This document shows positions 60,501 through 64,000 of a stretch of 64,000 nt of DNA, piece by piece; the first letter of the stretch is position 1, and each line of letters opens with the position of its first letter. The notes beneath the pieces were generated by a model. It had not been told where the DNA came from, did no database searches, and was given only the letters and a program-made list of their open reading frames with translations. The translations under genes and the position numbers were made by a program. The stretch comes from Blastocladiella emersonii ATCC 22665 (taxonomy: Eukaryota > Fungi > Blastocladiomycota), in assembly GCA_025594325.1 (NCBI GenBank), contig JANHCV010000018.1, forward strand, positions 124,001-188,000. The letters are read 5' to 3'.

Positions 60501-63500
60501 AGGCGGCAGGGCTCCTGCTGCAGGAAGGAGACAGTGCTGGGGCCAAGGAGTGCTAGGGACGACAAACTGAATGGTGAATGACCCACACACCACATGCTCC
60601 TGGCAGGAGAGCGTGTGGGCGTGCGGGCCTGTGTCCGTGCGTGCCTGTGTCCGTGCGTGCCTGGATTAGACCTCCATCACAAGCGCCAAGTGACCAAGTG
60701 ACCAAGGTGACCAAGTGACCAAGGTGACCAAGGTGACCACGGTGACCAAGGTGACCAAGTGACACACAAGCACCAAGCTAGGGTGGCCGGGCGGCCATGG
60801 AACGTACTGCATGGGTACCAATACCGTGGACTGGCCGCGGCCATTAATCGCAGCACAGCCCTGCCTGGCTCAGGACGCGGCGGGCGTGGGAGGCGGGCAG
60901 GGTAGATAGGTAGCAGCAGCAGGACCTGGCTAGCTGGCTGTCAAACAGCACGAGTGAAGGGGTGCGTGAGGGAGGGTGTGTTGAATGAATGGATGGGTGG
61001 ATGCAGGCAGACCTTCATACGTGTCGTGCGTGATGAGGATTGGCTGGCCACCATCCACCCACCAACGCCATGGCATGGCTGCGGGTGTCGCTGCGTGCGC
61101 CTTGGCGGGTGGTAGTGGAGCTAAAGTGGTGTCGTGGGGCTCTTGGGGTCCCCTTTCCTTCCTGTCTGGCCTAGGTGGGTGGGTGGGTGGGCGGACGTAG
61201 CGCGCATGCGGGCGGGCAAGCTAGGAACGTTGCTCACGCAATGGATCATGTATTTCATGGAACGTAGTCTGGACAGCAGAGAGGGGGATGTCCGGCCCAA
61301 TCGGACCCTCCACGAATCACAATATGCACGCAATGAATTGACCGATGATAGGGCCGTACCAAACCAGCCACGTAGACAATTGTCATGGTAGTCGAACAAA
61401 ACCATATTCAAATCTTTGACTACACGCTTGTCCAGCTAGCCAGGGACCCATAAATCACAGTATCGACCCAACTAAATATTTGACAACGGAAAGATAGTAA
61501 ACCAGCCTCGTACATAATTGTCATGGTACTCAAACAAAACCATATTCAAAACCTTGACTTCCCGCATGTCCAGCTGGCCAGGGACCCATAAATCACAGTA
61601 TCAAACCGACAAAGTATCTGACAACAGAAATATGGTAAAACAGCCACGCGGATAATTGTCATGGTACTCAATCAAAACCATATTCAAATCTTTGCTTTCC
61701 TGCATGTCCAGCTGGTTGAGGACCCATAAATCGTAACGTCAAAGCAACAGTATATCTGACCATAGAAGTATAGTAAACCAGCCACTCTGGCAACTGTCAT
61801 GGTACTCAAACAAAACCATACTCAAATCTTCGACTTCCCACATGTCCAGCAGGTTGGACACCCATAAATCACAGTATCAAACCAACGAAATATCTGACCA
61901 CATGAGTATATATAACCGACCGCGTAGGTAATTGTCTTGATACTCAAACAAAACCATATTCAAATCTTTCACTTCCCGCTTGTCCAGCTAGCCAGGGACC
62001 CATAAATCACAGTATCACAGCAACGCAATATCTGACCAAAGAAATATCGTAAACCAGGCACGTAGATAATTGTCATGGTACTCAAACAAAACCATAGTCA
62101 AATCTTCGAGTGCCCCATGTCCAGGTGGGCAAGGGCCTATAAATCACAGTATTGAACCAAGAAAACACCTGACTGACGATCGGGATGTATCAAACCCGCC
62201 ACGCTGATAATTGTCATGGTACTCAAACATAACCATACTCAGCCAAATCTTCGCATACCCTCACGTCCAGGTGGGCGAGGAACCAAAGCGCCAGATATTC
62301 AAATCTACCGCTTTGTGCACACTCCACTAGCCAACTCTTCGATCCCCTAATAATGGAGCCCGTCGTCAAAGTGCACGGTCCAATCAACTAAGTAAACAGC
62401 CAACCTGCCAGCCTGCCAACCTGCCAGCCTGCCAGCCTGCCAACCTGCCAACCTGTCAACCTGCCACCTTGCCTACCTGCTATCCGAACACCCACACCGC
62501 CTCGCAAGTCATTGGGGGCCCGCGCTCTCTGGTTGCCGTCCCAGCCAACAAACGAATGAATGATGAGCCCTGGCAGCCTGGCAGCCTGCCACACTGACAG
62601 CCTGACTGACAGCGCCCACCCAGTAGATATTATCTATCTCGTAGGTAGTCTGGGACGACTTTGTTAGTCAATACACGACCAGTCTCCTCCTGGCTGCCGG
62701 CTCTGCTGTCCACTCCAAGTCCTGCATGATGATGGGCCAAGGAGGGTTCCGAGCAGCCGCGGCCCAAGCGGCTCTTGTTGCAGATCCCTCCGTCCGACTT
62801 TGGTTGCTCGGTTCCCCAAGGCACATTCGGTGATGTGACTAGACCAAGGATCGGCGCAGTCGACGCAAGTCCAGTGGCACCAGGTGTTTGCGCGCGGTAC
62901 TGACCCATCCACTTTCTCTCGTTCTGACCACGATGAAACGCATGATCCGCCACTGAATGGCGCTGACGCACAAAAGAAAAAGAAAAAGAAGGAGAAAAAC
63001 AAAATATAGGGAAACGCAAAAAGAAGAACGTCCGCACAAAAAGATGGAAAAACATCTGACGAACCTCACAGGCCATGCCCAATACCACAGCACTGCCACT
63101 GGTCCATTGGCATGTCCTCGCGCTCTAGCTGGTCACGCCAGCGTGTCTCTCTGCTCGGTCTCTCTTTACTGCTCTTCGTTCGCTCTCTTAGCTCGCTGCT
63201 CGAGCTCGCTCTCTCTTCGCCTCGTTCGCCCATCTCTCTCGTACTCCCCTCTCCTCCCACAATTCTTCCCCCTATGCTCCTCGACGTGCACGGTCCGGGC
63301 TTGTCGTACTGCGGCTTGCCCACAAAAAGGCTGCTGCCCGTTGCACAGTGGATATTCTGGTTGCAGTCCACAACCGCAGTTAAGGAATAAATGCATTGGT
63401 TCCAAAAAAAAGAGGGTTCCGAGCAGCTCCTCTGTCTATCCGCGTGAAACCACTCACCCGCTGACGGACGTACACCGCGCACCGTGCAGCGCGCACAGCA

Positions 63501-64000
63501 CACAGCGCCCGACGCACCCCGCGGTGCGCACACGGCGCAAACGGCCACCCTGGTGTCACACACACTCGCATGAACGGCAGGCATGCAAGGCGTCCTCAAC
63601 TCAACAATGATTTATCATCCAGGCTTGCTACTCGCTCCAACGGGTGCGCCTGCCTGCCCTCCCGGTGCCGTTGATTGATTGATGGGTGCGCCAGCCCCTG
63701 TTGCCAGCCAAGTGGCAAGCAACACCACAGCACCTGCGTCGCCCTGGCCACCGTACCTTGGAAACAGCGTAGCAGCCGTACTGCTTCACAGGGCTGCAGA
63801 GGGCTGGCTGCGGAGGGCTGAGGCGGCAGGGCTCCTGCTGCAGGAAGGAGACAGTGCTGGGGCCAAGGAGTGCTAGGGACGACAAACTGAATGGTGAATG
63901 ACCCACACACCACATGCTCCTGGCAGGAGAGCGTGTGGGCGTGCGGGCCTGTGTCCGTGCGTGCCTGTGTCCGTGCGTGCCTGGATTAGACCTCCATCAC

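Larger units (their letters stand above)
32584..64000. repeat. Tandem macrosatellite of about 9.4 near-identical units; periods 3320, 7x3362, 3320 bp; runs off the window end
   Basis: Unit starts at 32584, 35904, 39266, 42628, 45990, 49352, 52714, 56076, 59438 and 62758. The ORF track repeats with the same offsets. Confidence 0.98.

Noticed and set aside
32584-62757. Exact 8-unit (26,854-bp) higher-order repeat suggested by the A-B7-A pattern
   Set aside because: SNP alleles of units 1 vs 9 and 2 vs 10 disagree.
32710-63915. Recurrent 60-217-aa ORFs in the array
   Set aside because: Low-complexity translations of UTR and microsatellite DNA with no motifs. They are broken or frameshifted by unit variants (e.g. 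the 168-aa ORF is lost in the last two units).
32584-64000. Array as rDNA, 5S, tRNA, U1/U2/U5/U6 snRNA or spliced-leader cluster
   Set aside because: No recognisable conserved motifs of these RNAs were found on either strand by eye. An Infernal/Rfam scan is still needed to exclude divergent RNAs.

Overview
Eukaryotic, GC-rich, gene-dense DNA with short GT-AG introns. It is most likely fungal, probably an early-diverging lineage (inferred from a Bem1-type SH3-SH3-PX-PB1 scaffold and an Sct1/Gpt2-type HX5D acyltransferase). The window has three parts. (1) 1-29.2 kb: about 12 protein genes, namely a membrane-anchored beta-lactamase-fold protein with all three catalytic motifs degenerate, a SAPS-like protein, a ~2400-aa TM-LRR-RhoGEF, Bem1, DUF1295, proteasome beta4, GPAT, a GDSxG hydrolase, an LRR protein, RPB12 (3 exons, absent from the ORF track), a CDK11-like kinase and a possible PRTase exon. 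(2) 29.37-33.24 kb: a 5'-truncated L1-like non-LTR retrotransposon (RT, RNase H, Cys/His knuckle, AATAAA, A-tail) with one apparent frameshift. (3) 32.58-64 kb: a near-identical tandem macrosatellite of about 9.4 units (3320 or 3362 bp). Each unit holds a 654-bp 3' fragment of the same retroelement flanked by a perfect 16-bp target-site duplication, seven diverged 138-bp AT-rich monomers, 8/9-mer microsatellites and a G-quadruplex motif. The long retroelement copy forms the junction between unique DNA and the array. No rRNA, tRNA or snRNA gene was recognised. The many short ORFs listed in the array look spurious. All calls were made by eye, without database searches.
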